NCBI GenBank assembly: GCA_049517435.1
Contig: JBEKRZ010000009.1
Coordinates: 29,925-93,924 of the forward strand
Direction of reading: 5' to 3'
DNA from: Smithella sp.
GTDB lineage: Bacteria; Desulfobacterota; Syntrophia; Syntrophales; Smithellaceae
DNA length: 64,000 bases
Numbering within the stretch: position 1 is the stretch's first letter; each line of letters opens with the position of its first letter. Below the pieces are notes generated by a model. It was not told the DNA's origin and did no database searches. It worked only from the letters and a program-made list of their open reading frames with translations. The translations under genes and the position numbers were made by a program. Below, piece after piece: positions 36,283 to 45,011 of this stretch.

Positions 36283-37929
36283 TTATGTTCCTTCCATTGC
36301 TATAGGTTTAGCCAATGGTTCCATTTCTGTAATAGGAAGGCCAAATGCTATTTTGGGATATGTGTTTACAAGAGGATTAATCATAACTTGAAGGAGAAAG
36401 GGGGTCTGCGGATCTTTCCACATTTGTTTAAGCCCGGATATTACATCTTTCGGTTTATCAATCGTAAGGGCTTGTATCCCGTATGCTTGGGCTATCTTCG
36501 AAAAATCAGGCGCCGAGTATCCCCAATAGGTGGACTGATAACGCTTATTAAAATAACTTTCCTGGAACTGCCTTACCATACCGTAGCACTCATTATTTAT
36601 AACAACTATTTTAATAGGTAAATTGTTTTTAATTATGGTTTCAAGTTCCTGGATGTTGAGTTGGAAACCGCCATCGCCGGCTACTAAGACTACAGGCTGC
36701 CCCGGGTAAGCCAAGCTTGCACCAAGCGATGCAGGGAGAGCAAAACCCATAGAAGCCATACCGCCGGATGTAATGAATCTTTGATCGGCGCCTAATTCAA
36801 GCGATTGGGCTGCCCACATTTGATGTTGGCCTATGTCTACAACGAATGCCGCCGCTAAATTTGATTTCTTTGATAGCAGATGCATAAATTTATTGGGATT
36901 AATCCCCGTGATTCCCTTTAATTCTGAAATATCAGGCCAAGATTGTTTTAGGTTTATAATTTTTTTCAACCAGTCACTATGATCCGGCAGCTTGTATTGC
37001 GCTGAAATTTCCGCAGTCATAGCCAGGAAAGGTTGGATATGAGCCAGTATCGTTCTACATCCTTTTATACGATTATTTATTTCTCCCTCTTCACAATCTA
37101 TGTGGTATATTATTTTATCGTTCTTGAAAGCCTTTGTATCAGCGCCAGTTTGTCTTATATCGAGGCGGCTGCCTATTACCAGTAAAAAATCAGAACTCCC
37201 TATCGCCTTATTCGCCCAACGGTTACCATAGGTTCCGATCATGCCTAAACGTAAATGATGATCATAGGGTAAAATATCTACAGCCATCAGAGAATTAACA
37301 ACAGGGATCTTGACCTTTTCAACAAAGTTCCGGAATAGTTCACTGGCACGGGCTGAATGTATTCCTCCTCCTGCTAAAATCAGCGGGCGTTTTGCCGAAG
37401 ATAGTTTCTTTAACAATTCTATAATAAATTTTTTATTCGGACTTTTTATTACGGGAGAAGATAAACGAACAGGCATAGGACTATCAATCTCAGATCCCTG
37501 AACATCCATAGGTATATCAATTAACACGGGACCTGGTCTATCTGACAAGGAGACATTGTAGGCTCTTTCCAGAATATCAGGAACTTCTCTCGGCGAATTT
37601 ACACGCCAGGCCGCTTTGGTAATGGGATGGGCAATAGATACTATATCGGTTTCTTGAAAACCCTGTTGCCGTATAGGTTTATTTCTCTTCTTTTCGTGAG
37701 TATTGACTTGACCTGTAATAAAAATGGCCGGAGTTGAATCAAAATAGCAGGTGCCGATTCCGGTAAGTAAATTAATCGCGCCTGGTCCGCTTGTTGCCAT
37801 TGCTACCCCTGGCCGGCCCGTAACACGGGCCAAAGCATCAGCGGCAAAGGCTGCTGATTGCTCGTGATGACAACTAACAAGATTAATTTCACCCTGCCGG
37901 TGTATAGCATCTAGGAGATGAGTTATCAT
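36283..37929 (-). CDS. thiamine-diphosphate-dependent acetolactate-synthase-like enzyme (YerE-like candidate); the true 5' end is probably near 38004-38010
   Basis: The ThDP motif is GDGGFQLNIQELETI...NN. The first ATG (37929) cuts off about 25 conserved N-terminal residues, and the in-frame upstream sequence reads WKINVAEYIAAFLNAQKINFVFEVAGG. There is no ATG, GTG or TTG upstream, only ATT at 38004. Confidence 0.8.
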   Translation of the reverse strand: MITHLLDAIHRQGEINLVSCHHEQSAAFAADALARVTGRPGVAMATSGPGAINLLTGIGTCYFDSTPAIFITGQVNTHEKKRNKPIRQQGFQETDIVSIAHPITKAAWRVNSPREVPDILERAYNVSLSDRPGPVLIDIPMDVQGSEIDSPMPVRLSSPVIKSPNKKFIIELLKKLSSAKRPLILAGGGIHSARASELFRNFVEKVKIPVVNSLMAVDILPYDHHLRLGMIGTYGNRWANKAIGSSDFLLVIGSRLDIRQTGADTKAFKNDKIIYHIDCEEGEINNRIKGCRTILAHIQPFLAMTAEISAQYKLPDHSDWLKKIINLKQSWPDISELKGITGINPNKFMHLLSKKSNLAAAFVVDIGQHQMWAAQSLELGADQRFITSGGMASMGFALPASLGASLAYPGQPVVLVAGDGGFQLNIQELETIIKNNLPIKIVVINNECYGMVRQFQESYFNKRYQSTYWGYSAPDFSKIAQAYGIQALTIDKPKDVISGLKQMWKDPQTPFLLQVMINPLVNTYPKIAFGLPITEMEPLAKPIAMEGT

Positions 37930-38040
37930 TCCGCCGGCAACTTCAAAGACAAAATTAATTTTTTGGGCGTTTAAAAAAGCGGCTATATATTCTGCTACGT
38001 TAATTTTCCACCTCGTTTTTCTATTCCATAAATTATTGCT

Positions 38041-38820
38041 TTACCAAATCTTCCATGCGGCCTGGCCTGAGTCCCACATCTGATTCAACATCTCATATTC
38101 TCGGTAGGTATCCATGCCTATCCAGAAGCCGTTATGCTGGAAGGCCATCAATTGACCATCGGAGGCTAGTTTTTCCATGGGAGCGCGTTCCAATATACAT
38201 TCAGGATCAAGATAACGGAATACTTCGCGGTTAAAGACAAAGAAACCGCCGTTGATCCACTCTGCCTGAACCTTTTCGCGGAAACTTCTCACCTTGCCAT
38301 TGTCCAACAGATCTAAAACACCGTATCGCGAGGGAGCTCTGGTTGCCGTAAGGGTGGCAATCTTTCCGTGGGATTTGTGAAATGAGGTGAGGTTCTTCAG
38401 ATCCACGTCGGCAAGACCATCGCCATAAGTAACCATAAAGGATTCTGTATCAATATAGGGTTCGATGCGTTTTACCCTGCCCCCCGTCATGGTGTGTAAA
38501 CCTGTATCCACCAGAGTGATTTCGAAGTCCTGTTCCGTATGGTTGCTCTGGAAAGAGACGCGGTTTTTCTTTCCTAAGTAGATAGTGAAATCATTACTGA
38601 TGGCTTCGTAATTCAAAAAGTAGTCCTTGATGATGCCGCCCTTATATCCAAGGCAAAGTATAAAACGGCGGAAACCGTAATGAGCATATATTTTCATGAT
38701 ATGCCAGACGATAGGTTTGCCGCCCACTTCCACCATTGGTTTGGGCTTGAATTCCGTTTCTTCGCGAAGCCGTGTTCCCATACCACCGCAGAGAATGACC
38801 ACAGGGATGTTACTCTTCAT
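38041..38820 (-). CDS. rfbF: glucose-1-phosphate cytidylyltransferase
   Basis: VILCGGMGTRLREETEFKPKPMVEVGGKPIVWHIMKIYAHYG..., LTATRAPSRYG, INGGFFVF and a C-terminal AAWKIW are close to Salmonella RfbF as I recall it. Confidence 0.9.
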   Translation of the reverse strand: MKSNIPVVILCGGMGTRLREETEFKPKPMVEVGGKPIVWHIMKIYAHYGFRRFILCLGYKGGIIKDYFLNYEAISNDFTIYLGKKNRVSFQSNHTEQDFEITLVDTGLHTMTGGRVKRIEPYIDTESFMVTYGDGLADVDLKNLTSFHKSHGKIATLTATRAPSRYGVLDLLDNGKVRSFREKVQAEWINGGFFVFNREVFRYLDPECILERAPMEKLASDGQLMAFQHNGFWIGMDTYREYEMLNQMWDSGQAAWKIW

Positions 38821-39127
38821 AAAGACTCCTTAAAGATTTCTTATTTTACTCCCAATCGTCTAGCCTGACGGATTAAGGTTTTACGCCTTTGCTTATTAAA
38901 TATTGGGATATTCCTTTGAGCATAACAGCGGCCGCGCAATATAATAATTGTGCCTTAAAGGAATATTTTAACCTAATTATAAAAATATTAACAGACAGAT
39001 AACCTATTGTCAACCTGTCTCCTGAATCTCAGATGTTTGTGGGCAAGCCATTTCCGGTTGTCTGTGCAAGCTGCCATCAAGAGACACTGTAGGATGCATT
39101 ACGAAATAACAGCCTGTGCATTTAAAC

Positions 39128-39154
39128 TTGACAGGCAAGATCGCGTACTATAAG
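39128..39154 (+). promoter_or_regulatory. sigma70-like promoter candidate for the radical SAM gene
   Basis: TTGACA (39128-39133), a 15-nt spacer, then TATAAG (39149-39154). The spacer is shorter than optimal. Confidence 0.3.
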
Positions 39155-39196
39155 TTTCCAGAAACACAAACAAAAAGGAAGTTCTTTTCAAAAAAT

Positions 39197-40699
39197 ATGA
39201 AAATAATTCTTATCACTGCATCTTTTGAAGATGAACAAAGATCTACCGAAATACAGGACAATTCACATTATCCAATAGGTCTTGGGTATCTACATTCTTT
39301 TATCGAAAGCAAGGGGCATGATGTAAAAACATTATTCTTAAATGATTATGAGCCTCAAGAGTGTATTAATATTTCAATCAGGAGTATAGAAGATATTAAT
39401 CCTGATGTAGTTGGGTTTCAAATCCTGACAGGTAACAGAGTCTGTAGTTTTAGATTAATAGAAATTATACACAACAAATATTCTAACATAAAAATAGTAA
39501 TAGGTGGGATTCATGTATCTGTAATGTACGAACAGATTCTTAATAAATATCCCTTTTTAACAGCCGTTCTTGGAGAAGGAGAAATAACTTTTTCTGAATT
39601 AATTAATGGCGGGAAGAACATAGAAGATATAGACGGAATAGCCTTTAATCATAACGGCAGAATAGTTAAAACCAAAGATAGAGCACTAATAGAAAATCTT
39701 GATGAACTACCATTTCCCAAACATGAAATCTTTTTTAACGAGTTTAGAAGGTGCGGGTGTCTTCTCACGAGCAGGGGTTGTCCGTTTTCATGCACTTTTT
39801 GCTGCATATGTACAATATCAAAAAGGAAAATTCGTTATAGATCTGTAAATAATGTTGTTGATGAAATTGAATATATGACAAAAAAATTTCACGGAATGTC
39901 GTCTGTGTGGATACATGATGATTCTTTGTTCCTGAATAATGACCGAGTAATTGAATTATGCAACGAGATAGTAAACAGAGGAATAAAAATTGAATTTATT
40001 TGTAGTGGCAGAATGAAGCCTTTGAATAAGCAGATGGTTACTGCGCTGGAAAAGGCTGGCTTTACCCACGTCTTGTTTGGTCTAGAAAGTGGTGCCAAAG
40101 AAATATTAAAAACATCAAAGAAAGCAATTACAAAAGAAGATGCAATTAATGCCATTGAATTATTTTCAAAATCTTCGATCAGGGTTACTATTTTTCTAAT
40201 CATAGGCCTGCCAGGTGAAACCATTGAAACCGTAAAAGAAACTATAGCGTTGGTTCAAACCCTTCAAAGGATAAAATATATTTGGTTTGGAGATGTTATG
40301 GGCAAATTGTTTATTTATCCTGGCGCCGAGGTTTATGAAATTGCAAAAGCAAAAGGTTTTATAGATGACAGTTATTGGTTAACAGATAAGAACATTCCTT
40401 TTTATGCGGCGGAACATTCAATAGAAAAATTACTTGAATTTGAAGATATGATGATAAATCATTTGTCTATGTATCGAATATTTACGTCTGCAGGATTTGA
40501 TGCACAGAAAAAAATGATTTATCTGATATTTAAAGATAAATTTTTTAGAAGAAAGTTCATCAATCAATTTTTTAATATTGTTCTGCCAAGAAATAGAATT
40601 AATCAAATAAAAAAGTCTCTAGGGTTAGACAGGAAGACAAGGAAAGCACGAGCGGCTTTTATAAAGAATCTAATTGGATTGAACTCTACACCCCAATAG
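39197..40699 (+). CDS. B12-binding-domain radical SAM protein (class B rSAM)
   Basis: A Rossmann-like B12-binding region lies at the N-terminus (MKIILITASFED...VVGFQILTG...IVIGGIH). The radical SAM motif is SRGCPFSCTFCC. I prefer the ATG at 39197. The track GTG at 39116 adds 27 residues unlike the family. Confidence 0.8.
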   Translation: MKIILITASFEDEQRSTEIQDNSHYPIGLGYLHSFIESKGHDVKTLFLNDYEPQECINISIRSIEDINPDVVGFQILTGNRVCSFRLIEIIHNKYSNIKIVIGGIHVSVMYEQILNKYPFLTAVLGEGEITFSELINGGKNIEDIDGIAFNHNGRIVKTKDRALIENLDELPFPKHEIFFNEFRRCGCLLTSRGCPFSCTFCCICTISKRKIRYRSVNNVVDEIEYMTKKFHGMSSVWIHDDSLFLNNDRVIELCNEIVNRGIKIEFICSGRMKPLNKQMVTALEKAGFTHVLFGLESGAKEILKTSKKAITKEDAINAIELFSKSSIRVTIFLIIGLPGETIETVKETIALVQTLQRIKYIWFGDVMGKLFIYPGAEVYEIAKAKGFIDDSYWLTDKNIPFYAAEHSIEKLLEFEDMMINHLSMYRIFTSAGFDAQKKMIYLIFKDKFFRRKFINQFFNIVLPRNRINQIKKSLGLDRKTRKARAAFIKNLIGLNSTPQ

Positions 40700-40836
40700 T
40701 GTGACGATAAAAAAGGCCGTGCGTACGAGATGTGCGCAGATTGAAAAAAAGTAACAGTTTAGTCCTTTAGTTCGACCGTCAAAAAGTAATAACTTACCGA
40801 ATTGGCGGTATAAAGCGCCGAATAATCGACAAATTT

Positions 40837-41961
40837 ATGAAAATTGCCATCTGCAACGACATCAGCCAGTTTCATTTCGATCGACTCCGTGATCGTAACT
40901 GGTCTCAGCAATTTCTTGGATCGGCATGGGTTACTAGTCTCTACGAACGCCAAGCGGAAATGGGGATTGAGCTGGCATCTGGAGATGTAGCGGTACAGCG
41001 GGTGAAGTCGGGACAGTGGCGAGCAACCGATGTGTACGTGGTTCAAGAAATGGATGATCCCCATGGTCGGAAACTGTGCCAACTTGGTGCTGTTCCATCC
41101 GTTCTCACGATGTTCGAGACCCCACTCGTAGCATATCGCAGTGTTGATCGTCTTATGCGACTAGGCGTAAAGTTCCCCCACTGCATAGGACCGCGGGCAA
41201 TCTTTGAGCGTGCTCCGGCACAGCGACAATCTCGCCACTGGCAGCTTTCGTTTCCGAGCTACTGGCGCAATCAATTGCCCACGCCGATTCCGTGGTCTCA
41301 ACGTAAACACGCCGTACTGGTAGCGGCCAACAAGTATTGGTGCGAACGCAAATGGGCGCGGGTAAGCAATACCAAGGATGCGCTTCGAGTTTTACGGCAT
41401 GGACTTCGAAAGCAACTCTCCCCGACCTACCAGTTCTGTAAGCGGTTGCAATTGCATGATGCGCGACTCGATCTGCTTCAAGTTCTTGGCTTAAGTGAAA
41501 AGGTAGATGTATTTGGGCGCGGTTGGAACGACACGGGGAATCTACCACTATATCAAGCGGAGAAACTCGCCACAATTCGTTCAGTGTTTCAGGGACCATG
41601 CGACGACAAGCACGAACTCTTGAGCCGCTACAAATTCACTATTGCATTTGAGAACACTGCATATCCAGGCTATGTGACCGAAAAAGTGATCGACGCAATT
41701 GTGGCTGCATCTGTGCCCGTGTATCTGGGCGCTCCAGATATTGTTCAGCAATTGCCTGCTGAAACGTTTATCGATGCGCGAGCACTTAGCTCTCCGGAAG
41801 CGATTTCTTCGTGCATGGAGCAGATGACTGAGTCCGAAGCGGTGGCGATGATAGAAGCGGGCCAGAAGTTCTTACGATCATCGCAAGGTCAACGACATAC
41901 CTATGAGGGCTTCGGTGAGTGGATCGTGTCGCTTGTAAGCGGAAAGGAGTTGAGCGAATGA
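40837..41961 (+). CDS. GT10-family alpha-1,3/4-fucosyltransferase-like glycosyltransferase
   Basis: FTIAFENTAYPGYVTEKVIDAIVAASVPVYLG matches the GT10 signature FxxxFENxxxxGYVTEKxxDA...P(I/V)Y.G. Confidence 0.75.
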   Translation: MKIAICNDISQFHFDRLRDRNWSQQFLGSAWVTSLYERQAEMGIELASGDVAVQRVKSGQWRATDVYVVQEMDDPHGRKLCQLGAVPSVLTMFETPLVAYRSVDRLMRLGVKFPHCIGPRAIFERAPAQRQSRHWQLSFPSYWRNQLPTPIPWSQRKHAVLVAANKYWCERKWARVSNTKDALRVLRHGLRKQLSPTYQFCKRLQLHDARLDLLQVLGLSEKVDVFGRGWNDTGNLPLYQAEKLATIRSVFQGPCDDKHELLSRYKFTIAFENTAYPGYVTEKVIDAIVAASVPVYLGAPDIVQQLPAETFIDARALSSPEAISSCMEQMTESEAVAMIEAGQKFLRSSQGQRHTYEGFGEWIVSLVSGKELSE

Positions 41962-42944
41962 GCGAGAATAATCCCATCGGCATTGAGATTCTGGTGCTCA
42001 CATACAACCGTGCGCCACTCATCGGAGCAACACTCGAATCGTTGCTAGCGCAGGTGCAACCAGCTTCCCGCATTTGCGTGCTCGACAATGGAAGCACTGA
42101 TGACACAGAGAAAGTTGTGAGATCCTTTACGGCGCGCGGCGTCGAACTTGTTTGTCGGAACTCAAATGATCCGCGTGCCTGTTGGCCGGAGCTTCAAACC
42201 ATGGCTCACGGACCATGGACCATGCTATTCCATGATGATGATCTGCTGCATCCAAACTATTTGCGCGATGTGTCTGCGGTACTCGCCCATGAACCACATG
42301 CCACGGTGGCCGTGTCGGCCATGCGTGTGTGCCAATATCCAGAGCGCGTAGTATGGTGGAAAGTTCGCGGAAGCCGTTATCGCATACTGACGGGGCGACA
42401 ATTGGCCGCACGTTTGTACGGAGGGTTCCCAATGCCATTCTGCTCGGCAATCTACCGGACTGATGTGCTGCAGCGAGGTAACTTCCGGTATGAAACATAC
42501 GGCAAGATCTTTGATCGTCCGTTCGTGGTCGAGGCGGCGAGGGCAGGTATCGCGGTGGTCATGCTAGATCCGTATGTGAAGTACAGAGTCCATGCAAGTC
42601 AGGACAGCGCAGACCAATCCACCGGACCGTTTCTTCCAGAAGTCTTCGCGCACCAACGCTACTACCGCAAAGTACTGGGGGAGAGATTGAGCGACTTCCC
42701 CGGACGCATTTTTCTGCGCCGAAATTACCGTAATTTGCTGGGGGAGCTTACTCGACTGAATCGGAATGCCCGAGTGCCCATTACGCAAGATGCGTTCTTT
42801 CATGACGCTATCGAGGCGGGAGCGGCGTCAACCTGGTCACTCCGCTGCGGCAAGTTTTATGCCGCTCTGACTCAAATACCAAGGCGGATCGAGCGAGGAT
42901 TTAAATCATTTGTTCGCAGGGACAGCTGTAACCACAACCGTTAG
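41958..42944 (+). CDS. GT2-family glycosyltransferase
   Basis: An ATGA overlap links it to the upstream stop. IEILVLTYNRAPLIGATLESLLAQ...ICVLDNGSTDDTEKVV and a DDD motif are present. Confidence 0.8.
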   Translation: MSENNPIGIEILVLTYNRAPLIGATLESLLAQVQPASRICVLDNGSTDDTEKVVRSFTARGVELVCRNSNDPRACWPELQTMAHGPWTMLFHDDDLLHPNYLRDVSAVLAHEPHATVAVSAMRVCQYPERVVWWKVRGSRYRILTGRQLAARLYGGFPMPFCSAIYRTDVLQRGNFRYETYGKIFDRPFVVEAARAGIAVVMLDPYVKYRVHASQDSADQSTGPFLPEVFAHQRYYRKVLGERLSDFPGRIFLRRNYRNLLGELTRLNRNARVPITQDAFFHDAIEAGAASTWSLRCGKFYAALTQIPRRIERGFKSFVRRDSCNHNR

Positions 42945-42992
42945 CCAACTGCAAACATTGCCCACGTCAATTCTTTATAAATATAAATTTCA

Positions 42993-43802
42993 TCACTTCA
43001 TGATTTGAAAAGAACAAAGCGAGTGAATTGGTGCTTCCGCTTCACGATCTTTTTCCCCAAACCATTGTTTGGGAATGATGACCAGTGCATCAGGATTGAG
43101 TGCTGCGGCAGTCAAGCTGAAGGTGCTGTTGGAACAGATCAGGATGCGGGCATATCGCATGATCCGATGTGAGGTATATGGGTCAATGTTATCTAAAAAT
43201 GATGTTGTCTTAAAATGGGGTGAAACCGCGTCTCGGAAACCAGATTCAATAGGCGAATCCGACAGAATCACAGCATGGTTAATCAATCCAGAGAATTTCC
43301 TGACCAGGCCAATAAACTCTCCATCCGAGATTAAATGGCTAGCCACATTGACGTAATCGCCGCGCCGTATGTGTATACAAAGAAAGCCGCCCAAAACCTC
43401 TTCGGGCAAGATGCCACCGACCCCGGCAACATTCTTAAAAACTGCCCGAATATTGGGTTGGGCAAGCGCCTTGAGGCCAAGCTCCAACATGATTGGCCCA
43501 TCTCGCAAAATATCGGCATTTCGCTTGTTGAGTTCAGGCGCTTTATCAAAAGATGTTTGGGGTAATCCGAATTGTTCCAGTTGCCAAAACCAATGTGTGA
43601 GTTGTCCTGCTTTCCCGATCTCGGCCATTCTTGCTTCAGTATTGAAATATGACAAGTCGGCAAATACAGGGTGCCCGGCATTCTTCATCGAAAAATAAAC
43701 GGCCGCCTGTATGATTTGGGTGCCCATGCCACCGGCAAAAACCACAACCGTAGGCAATTTTTTGTCAGCAGGGGAACACCGGAAGAATTTCATGATATTC
43801 AT
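42993..43802 (-). CDS. GT11-family alpha-1,2-fucosyl/colitosyl-transferase-like glycosyltransferase
   Basis: AGGMGTQIIQAAVYF corresponds to GGLGNQMFQYA, and CIHIRRGDYV is the GT11 HxRRGDY motif. Confidence 0.75.
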   Translation of the reverse strand: MNIMKFFRCSPADKKLPTVVVFAGGMGTQIIQAAVYFSMKNAGHPVFADLSYFNTEARMAEIGKAGQLTHWFWQLEQFGLPQTSFDKAPELNKRNADILRDGPIMLELGLKALAQPNIRAVFKNVAGVGGILPEEVLGGFLCIHIRRGDYVNVASHLISDGEFIGLVRKFSGLINHAVILSDSPIESGFRDAVSPHFKTTSFLDNIDPYTSHRIMRYARILICSNSTFSLTAAALNPDALVIIPKQWFGEKDREAEAPIHSLCSFQIMK

Positions 43803-43838
43803 AATCTTTGAGATCTCAATATATTACATTACTCAACG

Positions 43839-45011
43839 CTAGGCATACAGACAACTTGAAATCGTTTCCATATCCATTTCCGACAGCTCTGGATAATTGC
43901 CGCAATAGAAACCGTTATCATGCAAGAAATCGGTTCCTGGGAGAGGATAGCATTCCTTCACATATTTTCTGTAGAAGGGCTGGCGCTGTATGTTGCCCGC
44001 AATCATTGACCTGATTTCTATACCTGCGCCCGCGAAGCGCGCAAGATACTGCTCTCGCAGTTCCGGCGTTTTACAAACAACCGGAAAAGCAAAGGTGGAA
44101 AGCGTTGTGATATGGTCGTGTTTCAAAATGACCATATCATCATTTCCCATCATGAGCTTTTCCAGCCACAGGTAGTTCTTTTCCCGGCGTTGGATATTCT
44201 CCTCCAGAAATTGCATTTGATACTGCCCCAGGAATCCGGTGATTTCCGTAGGCCGCATATTGAACCCGAGGTCATAAAATGTATATTTGGCCTCGAATTC
44301 TGAGTTGATATCAAATTTTTTCCGCCATTTGTGCTGTTGCTGTGCGGTAAGGTTTCTGTCCCATCCGTTTGCGCGCACGATGCGCAGCATTTCAGCGAGT
44401 TCCTGGTCATCGGTGCAAACCATTCCGCCCTCAATAGTGGACATGTGGTGTGCTACAAAAAATGAGAAGCTCGCCCCTACGCCGAAATTACCGGCTTTCC
44501 CGGAGGGGAGTGTCGTTCCCAGCGCTTCGCAGTTATCCTCGATTAGGATAATATTCCTTTCTTGGCAAATGGATTTGACCTGGTCTATATTTCCCGTAAA
44601 CCCCAATGCGTTGGTCAGGAACAATGCCTGCATGTTTGTTTCACCCAGACGCTCCTCAAGGTTGCTGGACATCACGTTCAAGGTAAAAATGTCGCAATCT
44701 ATGGCAACCGGGATCAATCCCATTTGTATGATGGGCATGGTATTGGTGGACCACGTCAATGCGGAAAAACCCACGCGATCTCCCTCGCTCAATCTGCCAA
44801 GATTCCTGAGCGCTTGCAGCATGGCAAGGTTGGCGCTGCCGCCGCTATTGAATAGGACGGATTCCTTGCGCCCCTGATAATTAGCAAACTTGCGCTCGAA
44901 TTTCAGGCATTCTGCATCCATGCTCAACTGTCCGGCTTGCAGAATGAATTCCGCCAATGCCTTTCTGGTTTCATACTCATTCAGGAAAGCATTCTTCATC
45001 AAGGGGATCAT
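43839..45011 (-). CDS. colD: ColD-like PLP/PMP-dependent sugar 3-dehydratase (GDP-4-keto-6-deoxy-D-mannose 3-dehydratase type) of the DegT/DnrJ/EryC1 family
   Basis: NSGGSANLAM, LTWSTN, ILIEDNCEALGTT, SFSFFVAHHMSTIEGGMVCTDDQE and VRANGWDRNL are present. His188-His189 (codons 44450..44445) sit where aminotransferases have H-K. The 390-aa size fits ColD rather than the ~437-aa CDP-sugar E1. Confidence 0.7.
   Translation of the reverse strand: MIPLMKNAFLNEYETRKALAEFILQAGQLSMDAECLKFERKFANYQGRKESVLFNSGGSANLAMLQALRNLGRLSEGDRVGFSALTWSTNTMPIIQMGLIPVAIDCDIFTLNVMSSNLEERLGETNMQALFLTNALGFTGNIDQVKSICQERNIILIEDNCEALGTTLPSGKAGNFGVGASFSFFVAHHMSTIEGGMVCTDDQELAEMLRIVRANGWDRNLTAQQQHKWRKKFDINSEFEAKYTFYDLGFNMRPTEITGFLGQYQMQFLEENIQRREKNYLWLEKLMMGNDDMVILKHDHITTLSTFAFPVVCKTPELREQYLARFAGAGIEIRSMIAGNIQRQPFYRKYVKECYPLPGTDFLHDNGFYCGNYPELSEMDMETISSCLYA

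Noticed and set aside
39116-39196. GTG-initiated 27-codon extension of the radical SAM ORF
   Set aside because: The extension overlaps the candidate promoter and does not resemble the family N-terminus. The ATG at 39197 begins the B12-binding Rossmann strand (MKIILITAS...).
44287-44877. 196-aa ORF antisense to the ColD-like gene
   Set aside because: This is a shadow ORF, and the sense-strand protein has strong family motifs.
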